Positions 38,286 through 49,025 of a DNA stretch of 64,000 bases are shown here, one piece after another. Each line of letters begins with the position of its first letter. The stretch's first letter is position 1. The notes under the pieces are model-generated. The model was not told where the DNA came from. It did no database searches and was given only the letters and a program-made list of their open reading frames with translations. Source of the DNA: Spirochaetia bacterium (GTDB taxonomy: Bacteria > Spirochaetota > Spirochaetia > SZUA-6 > Bin103); the NCBI GenBank assembly GCA_965203055.1, contig OZ241863.1, positions 73,313-137,312 on the forward strand. The letters are read 5' to 3'. The position numbers and the translations under genes were made by a program.

Positions 38286-38606
38286 ATGCAGCTTCAGGTA
38301 AAAGCGGTTCACTTCGAGCTGGCAGAGCGGCAACGACAACACGTCCACCGCCGGGTGCAGCGGTTCACCTTTGCGCACGAGTACCTGGTGGACCTGGCAG
38401 TGACCCTCACCCGGGAACGCAACCTGTTCCACGCCGAGGCCTCGCTGCACTTCCGGTGGGGCGCGATCACCCACCTCAAGGTGAGTGGCTATGATCTGAT
38501 CGAGGCAGTCGACAGGCTGTTCGACAAGGTGCAGGCCAAAGTAACCAAGGAAAAGAGCCGGATCACTTCGCACGGCGACCCGCACCGCGCCGCGCCGCGC
38601 GGCTGA
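38286..38606 (+). CDS. hpf: Ribosome hibernation promoting factor (HPF/RaiA, short form)
   Basis: 106 aa with the sigma-54 modulation protein fold pattern. Conserved position downstream of rpoN. Confidence 0.75.
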   Translation: MQLQVKAVHFELAERQRQHVHRRVQRFTFAHEYLVDLAVTLTRERNLFHAEASLHFRWGAITHLKVSGYDLIEAVDRLFDKVQAKVTKEKSRITSHGDPHRAAPRG

Positions 38607-38628
38607 CGCCGGCGCCGGCCGCCATCGG

Positions 38629-39585
38629 ATGACTGTTCTCGACCTGCTGCAGCTCGACCCGAAGGAGCACGAGCCGCTGGACCTGCGCTGCGTCGGCGGG
38701 CGCCGCGGGCTGACGGCGCAGCTCCACGGACCGGAGCTGAACCGGCCCGGCCTCGCCCTGGGCGGCTTCTTCGACAGCTTCGCCTGGCAGCGCATCCAGG
38801 TGTTCGGCCGGGGCGAGAGCGCCTACTTGCAGAAGCTGGCCGCGGAAGGGGTCACCGCGCCGCTGCGTGAGATGGTCTCGTATGAGCTTCCCTGCAGTGT
38901 ATTTACCCACGGCATCGATCCCACCGAAGACTTTTTGCGCCTGGCGGAGGAGGCCGGACGGGCGGTGCTGCAAACGCCGCTGTCCACCGCCGACTTCACG
39001 TCGCGCGTGGTCCGCATTCTGGCCCTCATGTTCGCGCCGTCCACGCAGGTGCACGGCGTGATGCTGGAGGTGTTCGGGATGGGGGTGCTGCTTCAGGGGC
39101 CCAGCGGCGTCGGCAAGAGCGAAGCTGCGCTGGCACTGGTGGAGCGCGGCCACCGGCTGGTGGCCGACGACAAGGTCGATCTGCGCCTGGTCGGCAACGT
39201 GCTGCACGGCAGCGGGCCCCACGCCAGTCATCACATGGAGATCCGCGGCTTGGGCATCATCAACATCTCATACCTGTTCGGCGTGGGCGCGGTCCTCGAT
39301 TCCAAGAGCGTGCAGCTCGTGGTGCGGCTGGAGGATTGGGAGCCGGGCAAAAGCTACGACCGGGTGGGACTCGATAAGAGTACCGTCGAGTTTCTCGACG
39401 TCGGCGTCCGTGAGGTGCTGATTCCGGTGCGCCCCGGGCGTCCCATCTGGATCCTCATCGAGACGGCGGCGATGAACGAACGTCTCAAACACATGGGCTA
39501 CTACTCGGCGGCAGAGTTCAACCGCAACGTCCCGCACTGGATGGACGGCAGTCGCCCGCGGACCGTCACGATCGAGGAGTGGTGA
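38629..39585 (+). CDS. hprK: HPr kinase/phosphorylase
   Basis: Walker A GPSGVGKSE. 318 aa, immediately upstream of ptsH. Confidence 0.85.
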   Translation: MTVLDLLQLDPKEHEPLDLRCVGGRRGLTAQLHGPELNRPGLALGGFFDSFAWQRIQVFGRGESAYLQKLAAEGVTAPLREMVSYELPCSVFTHGIDPTEDFLRLAEEAGRAVLQTPLSTADFTSRVVRILALMFAPSTQVHGVMLEVFGMGVLLQGPSGVGKSEAALALVERGHRLVADDKVDLRLVGNVLHGSGPHASHHMEIRGLGIINISYLFGVGAVLDSKSVQLVVRLEDWEPGKSYDRVGLDKSTVEFLDVGVREVLIPVRPGRPIWILIETAAMNERLKHMGYYSAAEFNRNVPHWMDGSRPRTVTIEEW

Positions 39586-39588
39586 GCG

Positions 39589-39861
39589 TTGATCGAACGT
39601 GAAGTTCTCATCATCAACCGGGCGGGCATCCATGCCCGCCCGGCCGCCAAGCTGGTGCAGACCGCCAGCGCGTTCTCGTGCGACATCTTTCTCGAGAGCG
39701 GGGGCGAACGGGTCAACGGAAAGTCCATCATGGGCATCATAACGTTGGGGGCCACCTATCAGACCAGGGTCAGAATCATTGCCGACGGCGCCGATGAACA
39801 GGCCGCGGTGGCCGCTCTGGCCGAGCTGTTCGCGCGCCGCTTCGAAGATCCGGAGTCGTGA
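39589..39861 (+). CDS. ptsH: Phosphocarrier protein HPr
   Basis: 90 aa, GIHARPA (His15 region), TTG start. Confidence 0.85.
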   Translation: MIEREVLIINRAGIHARPAAKLVQTASAFSCDIFLESGGERVNGKSIMGIITLGATYQTRVRIIADGADEQAAVAALAELFARRFEDPES

Positions 39862-39931
39862 TCGGAGCCGGGGCGCCGGCCGGCGCCCTTGGCGCGGCGC
39901 GGCGCAATCTTCATAATGCCGGAGAGCGGCG

Positions 39932-40543
39932 ATGAAGGGGTTGACGATCCGCCAGCGCGAGGTGTATGAGTTCATCGAAGGGTTCATCCGGCACAAGTAC
40001 CCGCCGACGGTGCGCGAGCTCGCCGGCCACTTCGCCATTTCCGTCAGAGCGGCGCACGATCATCTCAAGGCACTGAAGAAGAAGGGCTTCATCCGCTGGG
40101 ACGAGGGCCGGTCGCGGTCCATCGAGTTGCTTGACGCCGTCAGTCCCGCGCCGCCCCCGGAGCTGATAACGCGCGTTCCCTTGCTGGGCATCGTGGCGGC
40201 CGGGGTTCCGGTATTTGCCGACGAGAACTTCGAGGGCAGCGTGGTAATAGCCAGCGAGCTGCTCGGTTCCGGCGATCACTTCGCGTTGCGCGTGCAGGGG
40301 GACAGCATGAACGACGCCGGCATCCTCGACGGCGACATCGCCGTCATCCACCGCCAGCAGCATGCCGACAACGGCGACATCGTGGGAGTGATGATCGATC
40401 AGAAGGCGACCCTGAAGCGGTTCTTCCTGGAAGCCAACCGGGCCCGCCTGGAGCCGGCGAGTCGCAACCGCAGCCACCGGACGATATTCACCCGCGAACT
40501 CAGAATCCTCGGCAAGCTCCGGGTGGTGCAGCGGGTCTATTGA
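39932..40543 (+). CDS. lexA: LexA repressor
   Basis: N-terminal wHTH, Ser-Lys dyad context (VQGDSMNDAGI … KRF). Confidence 0.85.
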   Translation: MKGLTIRQREVYEFIEGFIRHKYPPTVRELAGHFAISVRAAHDHLKALKKKGFIRWDEGRSRSIELLDAVSPAPPPELITRVPLLGIVAAGVPVFADENFEGSVVIASELLGSGDHFALRVQGDSMNDAGILDGDIAVIHRQQHADNGDIVGVMIDQKATLKRFFLEANRARLEPASRNRSHRTIFTRELRILGKLRVVQRVY

Positions 40544-41616
40544 TGCCGTCCGGGACGAAGCGTACGCGGCGCGGCGCCAGCTCGCGCCGCGCCGCGCCGG
40601 CGCGCCGGGACGGCAGCCTGAGCGGCGGCGTACATCTCCTGCTCGGCCCGGAGGCGGGCCGCAAACGCGCCTTCGTGGAGCAGATCGCGGCGGCCGCCCA
40701 AGCGCGCCACGGCAACGTCGAGGTGCGGCGCGCCTTCCCCTACGACAACGACCTGATCGATCTGGTCGCCACCCTGCGCACGCCGGGATTGTTCGCCGCC
40801 CATCAAGTCGTAGTGCTGCAGGAGGCGCAGGATCTGCGCGCCGGCAACCAGCTTGCCGCGCTGGCGGCGTACTGCCAGGAGCCGGCCGCGGCCAGCACGC
40901 TGGTCATGACGGCCAACGGCATGGCGCGCGACCTGCCGGCCGCCCTGACCCGCGCCGTGGGCAAGGAACGCACCAGAGTCTTCTGGGAAATGTTCGACAA
41001 CGAGAAGCAGGGCTGGCTGCTGCACTTCTTCCGCAGCCGGGACATTCGCATCGACGCCGCCGCCTGCGCCCTGATCCTGGAACTGGTGCCGGCCGACGTT
41101 GCCTCGCTCGACGCGCTGTGCGGCAACCTGGCCAGCTTCTTCGGCGCCGGCGCCGCCATCTCGGCGCCGGACATCGAACAGTTCCTCTACCACAGCAAGG
41201 AAGAGACCGTGTTCTCGCTGTTCGACCGGGTAGCGGAACGCGACCTGCAGGGCTGCCTGGAGACGGTGACGACGCTGCTCCTGTCGCGCCGCGGCGATGC
41301 GGTGCAGATCATCGGCGTGCTGCTGAGTCAGTTCCAGCGTCTGACCCAGCTCAAGGAGCTGCTGGCGGAGCGTACTTCCGAGGCGGCCGCGCTGCAGAAG
41401 TTGCGCATCACCGGCAAGCGCCTGCAACACACCTACCAGGAGGCTCATCGCCGCTACCCGGACGCGGCGATGGAGCCGATCTACCGCCTGCTGGTCGAGT
41501 TCGACACGCGCGCCCGCCTCCTCAGCCAGGAGTTGTCCGAGCCGCTGCTGCAGCTCCTGCTGTATCATGTTGTCGCGCGAGGCGGGCAAGGAGTGTGGCG
41601 GCCGTTTCGCGTGTAA
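40540..41616 (+). CDS. holA: DNA polymerase III subunit delta
   Basis: 358 aa with the delta-subunit pattern (LLLGPE…, AAA-lid-like helices). ATGA overlap with lexA. Confidence 0.7.
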   Translation: MMPSGTKRTRRGASSRRAAPARRDGSLSGGVHLLLGPEAGRKRAFVEQIAAAAQARHGNVEVRRAFPYDNDLIDLVATLRTPGLFAAHQVVVLQEAQDLRAGNQLAALAAYCQEPAAASTLVMTANGMARDLPAALTRAVGKERTRVFWEMFDNEKQGWLLHFFRSRDIRIDAAACALILELVPADVASLDALCGNLASFFGAGAAISAPDIEQFLYHSKEETVFSLFDRVAERDLQGCLETVTTLLLSRRGDAVQIIGVLLSQFQRLTQLKELLAERTSEAAALQKLRITGKRLQHTYQEAHRRYPDAAMEPIYRLLVEFDTRARLLSQELSEPLLQLLLYHVVARGGQGVWRPFRV

Positions 41617-43426
41617 TCCCGGCGCGGGAGGCGATCGTCTCCGGCGACTCGGCCAGGAGCGCCTCCACCGAGCCGAACACCTCCAGCAGGCGGCGGCTGC
41701 GGGCGCGGCCGATGCCGTGCACCGATTCCAGCAGCGACAGACCGACGCGCTTGCTGCGCAAGCGGCGGTTGAAGCCGGTGGCGAAGCGGTGGGACTCGTC
41801 CCGGGCGCTCTGCAGCACGCGCAACGCCGGCGAAGTGGCGGGCAGGAGCACCGGATGGGAGCGGCCCGGCAGGAAGATCTCTTCGTTGCGCTTGGCCAGT
41901 CCGGCGACCGGCAGGTGGTCCAGTTCGAGGGCGCGCAGGATGCGCACCGCGGCGCTTACCTGCCCCTTGCCGCCGTCTACCAGCACCAGGTCGGGCAATG
42001 GGCGGTTGTCGTTGACCAGGCGGGTGTAGCGCCGCGCCACTACCTCGCGCATGGCCGCGAAGTCGTCCACCTGGTCGCCCAGGGTGCGCAGTTTGAAATG
42101 CCGGTAGGACTGCTTTTCCGGGCTGCCGTCCACGAACACCACCAGCGAGGCCACCGTGTCGCGACCCTGCAGGTGGGAGATGTCGAACGCCTCGATGCGG
42201 CGCGGCGTGGCATCCAGTTGCAGCGCGTCACGCAACGCTTCGAGGGCGCTGAGCTTCGCGTCGCGGTCGGCGCGCTGCTGTTCACCGGTCTCCCAATCCA
42301 CGCGCGCGTTGTGCTCCGCAAGGCGCAGGAAGCGGGCGTGCTTGCCGCGTTGCGGCACCTTCACGTGCAGCCGCGCCGGCCGCCGCCCGGCGGCAGGAGC
42401 GGCCGCATCGCCGCGGTCCGCGCCGCCGCCGGGCGCAGGGCCAAGCACGGTACGGTCGAGAGCGCGCTGCAACAGCTCCGCGGCCGCCGCCGGCAGGCGC
42501 AGGAACACGCTGCGCGGGCGGGTCTGGATGCCGGCGTAGTACTGGAGCAGAAAGCTAGGCAGCACCTCCTCAGGCGGCGCCGTATCCAGCAGCCGGAAGC
42601 GCTCCTTGCCGAGTAGCTGGCCGTGGCGGACCGGCAACAGGGTGACGGTGTAGTGGGCGCCGTCCTGGTGGCAGCCCACGTAGTCGCGCGCCTCCCGCGA
42701 GAAGTCGACCACGTCCTGTTCGCTGTCGACCACCTCGCCGATCGCGCGGATCCGGTCGCGCAGCTCGGCGGCGCGCTCGAAGCGCAGCGCCGCGGCTTCC
42801 TGCTGCATCAGGGCGCGCAGCTCGCGGATCAGCTCGGCGCTGTTGCCGGTAAGCAACTTGCGCACCGCGGCCACCCGCCGCTGGTACGCCGGGGCGTCGA
42901 TGTGGCCGACGCAGGGCGCCGCGCAACGCCCGATATGGTAGTTCAGACAAGGCTGGTCGCGGCGCTTGAACACCTCGCCGCGCTTGCGCAGGGGAAACAG
43001 CTTGTCGATCAAGGTAAGGTAGACGTCGATCCGGTTGACCTTGGGAAAGGGACCGAAGTACTCGGAGCCGTCGAGCACGATGGTGCGGGTGCGGAACACC
43101 TTCGGGTATTCCTCATTGGTCAAGCGGATGACGGGGTAGGACTTGCCGTCCTTGAGATTGATGTTGTAGCGCGGGGCGCGGTCCTTGATGAGCGAGTTCT
43201 CCAACAGCAGCGCCTCGAACTCGCTGTGGGTGACGATCACCTCGAAGTCCGCCACCCGGCTGACCAGCACGAGGGTCTTGAGATCGCGCGCCGCGCCCGC
43301 CCCCCCGGCATTGAAGTAGGTCCCGACCCGAGCCCGCAGGTTCTTGGACTTGCCCACGTACAGCACCTGACCGCGGCGGTCCTTGAGCAGGTAGACGCCG
43401 GGCGCGCGCGGCAGCTCCCGCGCCAT
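41522..43426 (-). CDS. uvrC: Excinuclease ABC subunit C
   Basis: GIY-YIG N-terminus (GVYLLKDRRGQVLYVGKSKNLRARV), UvrBC and RNase H-like/HhH C-terminus. Start chosen at MARELP. Confidence 0.9.
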   Translation of the reverse strand: MARELPRAPGVYLLKDRRGQVLYVGKSKNLRARVGTYFNAGGAGAARDLKTLVLVSRVADFEVIVTHSEFEALLLENSLIKDRAPRYNINLKDGKSYPVIRLTNEEYPKVFRTRTIVLDGSEYFGPFPKVNRIDVYLTLIDKLFPLRKRGEVFKRRDQPCLNYHIGRCAAPCVGHIDAPAYQRRVAAVRKLLTGNSAELIRELRALMQQEAAALRFERAAELRDRIRAIGEVVDSEQDVVDFSREARDYVGCHQDGAHYTVTLLPVRHGQLLGKERFRLLDTAPPEEVLPSFLLQYYAGIQTRPRSVFLRLPAAAAELLQRALDRTVLGPAPGGGADRGDAAAPAAGRRPARLHVKVPQRGKHARFLRLAEHNARVDWETGEQQRADRDAKLSALEALRDALQLDATPRRIEAFDISHLQGRDTVASLVVFVDGSPEKQSYRHFKLRTLGDQVDDFAAMREVVARRYTRLVNDNRPLPDLVLVDGGKGQVSAAVRILRALELDHLPVAGLAKRNEEIFLPGRSHPVLLPATSPALRVLQSARDESHRFATGFNRRLRSKRVGLSLLESVHGIGRARSRRLLEVFGSVEALLAESPETIASRAGITRETAATLLARLARQHDTAGAAAAARTTPG

Positions 43427-43556
43427 CCGCGGCAGATCGGCCGTTGCCGTGTCGCCAACACCCATTGGGTAGTAGTATAGTATGGCGGGTGCGCGCGATC
43501 TGTGGCATACTGGTTTGACGGGACGTGGCGGCGGCTTGGCGCGCGGTCCCGGCCGC

Positions 43557-43629
43557 GGGGGATTAGCTCAGGTGGTAGAGCGATTGGTTCGCAATCAATA
43601 GGTCAGGGGTTCGAGTCCCCTATCCTCCA
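43557..43629 (+). tRNA. tRNA-Ala (anticodon CGC)
   Basis: GGGGGATTAGCTCAGGTGGTAGAGCGATTGGTTCGCAATCAATAGGTCAGGGGTTCGAGTCCCCTATCCTCCA. Cloverleaf with anticodon loop TTCGCAA and a G3-U70 pair typical of tRNA-Ala. Confidence 0.85.
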
Positions 43630-43644
43630 AGGAGGCCCCACGCC

Positions 43645-44196
43645 GTGATCGTCTCCCAGGAGACGTTGCGGGAGCTCATGGCCAGCGGCGCGGTAGTCGT
43701 CGCGCCGCTGGCGCCGGATCAGTTGCAGCCCGCCTCCATCGACCTCACCTTGGGCGACCACTTCCTCAAGGTAGACGAGAACGCCGTCGACCGCATCACC
43801 CTGGACGCAGAGTTGCGCTACGTCCCGCTGCACACCGAGGAGATCGTGATTCCCCCGCTCTCGTTCCTGCTCGCCGTCACCCGCGAGCGGATCAAGCTGC
43901 CGCACGACATTACGGCGTTCGTCGAGGGCCGCAGCTCCATCGGGCGGCTGGGACTGTTCATTCAGAATGCCGGCTGGGTGGATCCCGGCTTCGACGGCAC
44001 CCTTACCCTGGAGCTGTTCAACGCCAACCGGCTCCCCATTCGACTGCGCGCCGGCCGGCGCATCTGCCAGATCGTATTCGCCCAACTGGACCGCAGCACC
44101 GGTCATCCCTACCGCGGCAAGTACCAGCATCAATCGAGCGCCGTCGGCAGCCGCATCCACCTCGACCGGCAAGCGCCGGCGCCGGCCGACGCCTGA
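43645..44196 (+). CDS. dcd: dCTP deaminase
   Basis: 183 aa with the dUTPase-like fold. GTG start. Confidence 0.8.
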   Translation: MIVSQETLRELMASGAVVVAPLAPDQLQPASIDLTLGDHFLKVDENAVDRITLDAELRYVPLHTEEIVIPPLSFLLAVTRERIKLPHDITAFVEGRSSIGRLGLFIQNAGWVDPGFDGTLTLELFNANRLPIRLRAGRRICQIVFAQLDRSTGHPYRGKYQHQSSAVGSRIHLDRQAPAPADA

Positions 44197-44226
44197 CGCG
44201 GCCGCCGGCCACTCCCGCCGCGGCCG

Positions 44227-45522
<1,296 letters not shown>

Positions 45523-45610
45523 TGATGATATGGCCTGCTACAAAGTATAGGGTACCCGGAAACCGCGCCGCAACGGCGCTGCCGGAGGGCGGGCGGGCAG
45601 GCGCTTGCTG

Positions 45611-47029
45611 CTACGAGGCCGGCAGGCGCAGGGTGAAGGTGCTGCCGCGGCCTGGGCTGCTGCGGACGTTCACCTCGCCGGCGTGCGCCTGGGCGATGTG
45701 CTTGACGATGGCGAGGCCGAGGCCGGTGCCGCCGTAGGCGCTGCTGCGGGCGCGGTCTACGCGGTAGAAGCGCTCGAAGATGCGCTCCTGGTGCTCGGGC
45801 GCGATGCCGCTGCCGGCGTCGGTCACGTCTATCAGCACGCTGCCGGCGGCGCGCCGGGCGCGGACCTCGACCGGCGCGCCGCGGCGGCTGTAATTGATGG
45901 CGTTGTCGAGCAGGTTGGTGACCGCCTGCTCCACGAGCTGCGCGTTCATGCGGCAGGTAAGGTCGGGATCGCAGCTTGACTGCAATGCCACGCCGCGCGC
46001 CGCGGCGGCCTGCCCGCACGACACCATGGCGGAGGAAATGACCGGGGCGAGCGCCGTGTCGGTGAACCTGATGCTGCTGCGCTCCTCACCCAACTCGATG
46101 TCGGCCAGACTCAGCAGATCGTCGATGATCGCGCCCAGGCGTAGCGCCTGCCGGTGAGTGATCCGCAGAAAGCGACGCGCCTCCGGGCCGGCGCACATCT
46201 CGTTGTCCAGCAGGGTCTCTACGAAGCCGCTGATGGAGGTGACGGGGGTGCGCAGTTCGTGGGAAACGTTGGCCACGAAGTCGCGCCGCACCTGCTCCAG
46301 ATGGCGCAGGCGGGTCACGTCGCGCACCACCACCAAGGCGCCGCGTTCGCCGCCGGCGCCGGCGAACGGCTGGCTCTGCGCCTGCAGCCAACGCGGTTCG
46401 CGGCCGGGAATGCGAACGTCGGCGTCGGCGCACTCGTCGTGATACAAGGCCGGCTCCGCCACCTCGGCCACGCCGTGCTCCTGCAGCAGGCCGCGCGCCG
46501 CGCTGAGCCGCGCGCCGGCGCCAGCCGCGGGCTCCGCGCCACCGGCGCCCAACATGTCCGCCCCGGTGGGATTGATCTCCAGGAGCGTGCCGTCGCGGCC
46601 GAACACCAGCACCCCGTGCGGCAGGCCGTCGATCACCGCGCTCAGGCGCCGGTGGGCCTGCTCCAGGTCACGCATCCGTTCCTGCGCCGCGGCCGCGAGC
46701 GACTCCAGCGGCGCGTCCGGCCCGGCGCCATCCCCGCGCGCGGCGGCCAGCATCCGGCCGCTGCGCGCGGCCGGGCGCGCGTAGCAACGCCACACCGCCA
46801 GCAGCGCCGCGCCAACCGCGACCGCCAGCAGCGCCGCGCCAACCGCGGCCGCCGGCGCGCGCCCGGGCAGGCCGGCGGCCAGACCGGTCGCCACTCCCAA
46901 TGCGGCTACGGCCGCCAGGCTGCCGCCAACGGCCGCCAACCGCCGCCAACCGCCGGTGCCGCCGCGGCGCGGCGTCCCGAGTGGTGAGCCGCGCGCCTGG
47001 TCCGGTTGCGGCGTCGGCGGGTCGTTCAC
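45611..47029 (-). CDS. Sensor histidine kinase (PhoR-like)
   Basis: Two N-terminal TM segments, HisKA H-box (VSHELRTP), and HATPase N, G1 and G2 boxes (DNAINY, DTGSGI, GGTGLGL). Confidence 0.8.
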   Translation of the reverse strand: MNDPPTPQPDQARGSPLGTPRRGGTGGWRRLAAVGGSLAAVAALGVATGLAAGLPGRAPAAAVGAALLAVAVGAALLAVWRCYARPAARSGRMLAAARGDGAGPDAPLESLAAAAQERMRDLEQAHRRLSAVIDGLPHGVLVFGRDGTLLEINPTGADMLGAGGAEPAAGAGARLSAARGLLQEHGVAEVAEPALYHDECADADVRIPGREPRWLQAQSQPFAGAGGERGALVVVRDVTRLRHLEQVRRDFVANVSHELRTPVTSISGFVETLLDNEMCAGPEARRFLRITHRQALRLGAIIDDLLSLADIELGEERSSIRFTDTALAPVISSAMVSCGQAAAARGVALQSSCDPDLTCRMNAQLVEQAVTNLLDNAINYSRRGAPVEVRARRAAGSVLIDVTDAGSGIAPEHQERIFERFYRVDRARSSAYGGTGLGLAIVKHIAQAHAGEVNVRSSPGRGSTFTLRLPAS

Positions 47030-47031
47030 GC

Positions 47032-47736
47032 CTAGGGCGCCGGGTCGGAGAAGCGGTAGCCGACGCCGCGCACGGTCTCGATGAGCCGATTGTTGGCGCC
47101 CAGCTTCTTGCGCACCCCGGCGATGAGCACGTCGATGGAGCGGTCGGTTACCGGGTAATCGGGCCCATGGACCGCGGCCACGAGCTGGTTGCGGGTAAAC
47201 ACCCAGCCGGGGCGGGCGGCGAGGAACTGCAGCACCGCGAACTCGGTGGCAGTCAGCGGCACCGCCCGCCCGCCGTACTTTACGTCGCGCTTGCCGGGGT
47301 GAATGGTCAGCTCGCCGATGGTCAGGGGCGCCTGCTCGTCATGCACCTCAGCGCCATGCCGGCGCAGCACCGCCTTGAGCCGCGCGACCAGTACCCGCGG
47401 CCTGAACGGCTTGGTGACGTAGTCCTCGGCGCCCTGTTCCAGGCCGGCCACGATGTCGGCCTCGTCGCCCCTGGCGGAGATCATGATGATCGGCACCCCG
47501 CGGGTCATGACGTTGGACTTCAGCGCCCGGCACAGCGCCAGACCGTCCATACCCGGCAGCATGATGTCTACCAGGATCAGCCCCAGGGAGACCTGCTCCA
47601 CGATCCGCAGGGCCTTCTCGGCGGTGGCCGCGGCCAAGGTGACGAAGCCCTCCTTCTCGCAGTTGAAGCGGATCAGCTCCGTGATGTCGGCCTCATCCTC
47701 GACCACCAGGATGCGGTTGCTTGCGGAAGCCGCCAT
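47032..47736 (-). CDS. OmpR/PhoB-family response regulator
   Basis: Receiver domain (ILVVEDE, D in LILVDIMLP, K in YVTKPF) plus winged-helix (trans_reg_C) C-terminus. Confidence 0.85.
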   Translation of the reverse strand: MAASASNRILVVEDEADITELIRFNCEKEGFVTLAAATAEKALRIVEQVSLGLILVDIMLPGMDGLALCRALKSNVMTRGVPIIMISARGDEADIVAGLEQGAEDYVTKPFRPRVLVARLKAVLRRHGAEVHDEQAPLTIGELTIHPGKRDVKYGGRAVPLTATEFAVLQFLAARPGWVFTRNQLVAAVHGPDYPVTDRSIDVLIAGVRKKLGANNRLIETVRGVGYRFSDPAP

Positions 47737-47741
47737 CCCGC

Positions 47742-49025
47742 CTACCCTGCGCCGGGGTCCGCGTTCGGCGTTATCGCGGCGCGCGTGGCCGCCAGCCGCG
47801 CTCCCTTCCATTCGGTGCGCACGCCGGCGATGGCCAACACCGTGATGTAGGCGTAGAAGCCCATGAAGAACAACGTATAGGGCACCACCCGCGCCAGGGC
47901 GCGCCCGCGGCGCCGCCGGTACAGCACCGCTTCCAGGGTGGCCAGCGTGCCGATGCTGAGCAGCGAGGTGAGCGGCAGCGCCGCCAGCCACGGCGCCAGC
48001 AGCGTCCCCGGCGCGGCCGCCACGCTGGCAATCAGAAACAGCGTCACGTAGCGGTACCCCCAGGCCGCGGCGCGGTCGCCGCTGAAGAACGCGCCGCCGT
48101 TCCAGCGTACGTGCTGGTTGATGAAGCGGCGCCAGCTCGGTTGCGGCTCGGTGGTGACCTGGGTGGCCGGCAAGGTAGCGGGCCGCACCCTCCAGCCGCA
48201 CCGGCTCGCCGCCCCGATCAGCGCCGCATCTTCCGTCAGGGTGTAACCCAGCGAGCGAAATCCGCCGATCCGGGCCAGCACCGGCGCGCGTAGCGCCAAG
48301 TTGTTGCCGAAGCATCCCGTGGGTCTGCCCAGGCCGGCGCTGCCGGTGGAATACTGATGCACCAGCGGCTGCTCGAACGCTTGGTAGCGGTCCAGAAAGC
48401 GGGGCCGCCGGCGGGCCCCCCTGGAACGCACTGCCAACTGCCCGAAGACCACGCCGACCGCGCCGCCGGGGTCGCCGGTGAAGTAGGCCGCCAGACCCGC
48501 CACCCAGGTGGGAGGCACGATGCAGTCGGCGTCGGTGAAGAACAGCAATTCGCCGCCGGCCGCCGCCACCCCCAGGTCCAGCGCCTGCTGCTTGCCGGTG
48601 CAGTCCACCGGCGGGCGCCGGTTGCGTACCACCCGCACCGGATAGGGCGCCGCGGCCCGATGCCGCTCCATGATCGCTGCGGTGGCGTCGCTCGAACGGT
48701 CATCCACCAGTACCAACTCGAAGGCGGTCGTGGTCTGAGCGGCCAGGGAAGCCAACAGATGCGGCAATGCGTCCTGCTCGTCCATCGCCGCGACCACCAC
48801 CGACACCGCGGGCGGCGCGGGGGCGGGGCGCCCGCCGCGCGCGGCTCCGGCCCGGGCCGGATGCGCCGGAGCCCGCGCCGGGCGCGCCAGAGCCCGCGCC
48901 GGCAGAACGGAGCGACGGTCGTGGCCGCGGGCGCGCAGGATACCGGTCGCGAGCCCGCCGTGGGTGAGCAGCATCGACGCGCAGAGCGCCAACACTGCCC
49001 ACTGCAGCGCGCCGCCGGCGGTCAT
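47742..49025 (-). CDS. Family 2 glycosyltransferase
   Basis: DxD (TDAD), GT-A fold (VSVVVAAMDE…), C-terminal TM segments. The N-terminal about 70 aa is Ala/Pro/Arg-rich, so the true start may be internal. Confidence 0.65.
   Translation of the reverse strand: MTAGGALQWAVLALCASMLLTHGGLATGILRARGHDRRSVLPARALARPARAPAHPARAGAARGGRPAPAPPAVSVVVAAMDEQDALPHLLASLAAQTTTAFELVLVDDRSSDATAAIMERHRAAAPYPVRVVRNRRPPVDCTGKQQALDLGVAAAGGELLFFTDADCIVPPTWVAGLAAYFTGDPGGAVGVVFGQLAVRSRGARRRPRFLDRYQAFEQPLVHQYSTGSAGLGRPTGCFGNNLALRAPVLARIGGFRSLGYTLTEDAALIGAASRCGWRVRPATLPATQVTTEPQPSWRRFINQHVRWNGGAFFSGDRAAAWGYRYVTLFLIASVAAAPGTLLAPWLAALPLTSLLSIGTLATLEAVLYRRRRGRALARVVPYTLFFMGFYAYITVLAIAGVRTEWKGARLAATRAAITPNADPGAG

Noticed and set aside
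45560-45590. 6-bp inverted repeat GCGCCG-caa-CGGCGC downstream of the histidine kinase
   Set aside because: No U-tract on the relevant strand. Weak terminator evidence in a GC-rich genome where such palindromes arise by chance.
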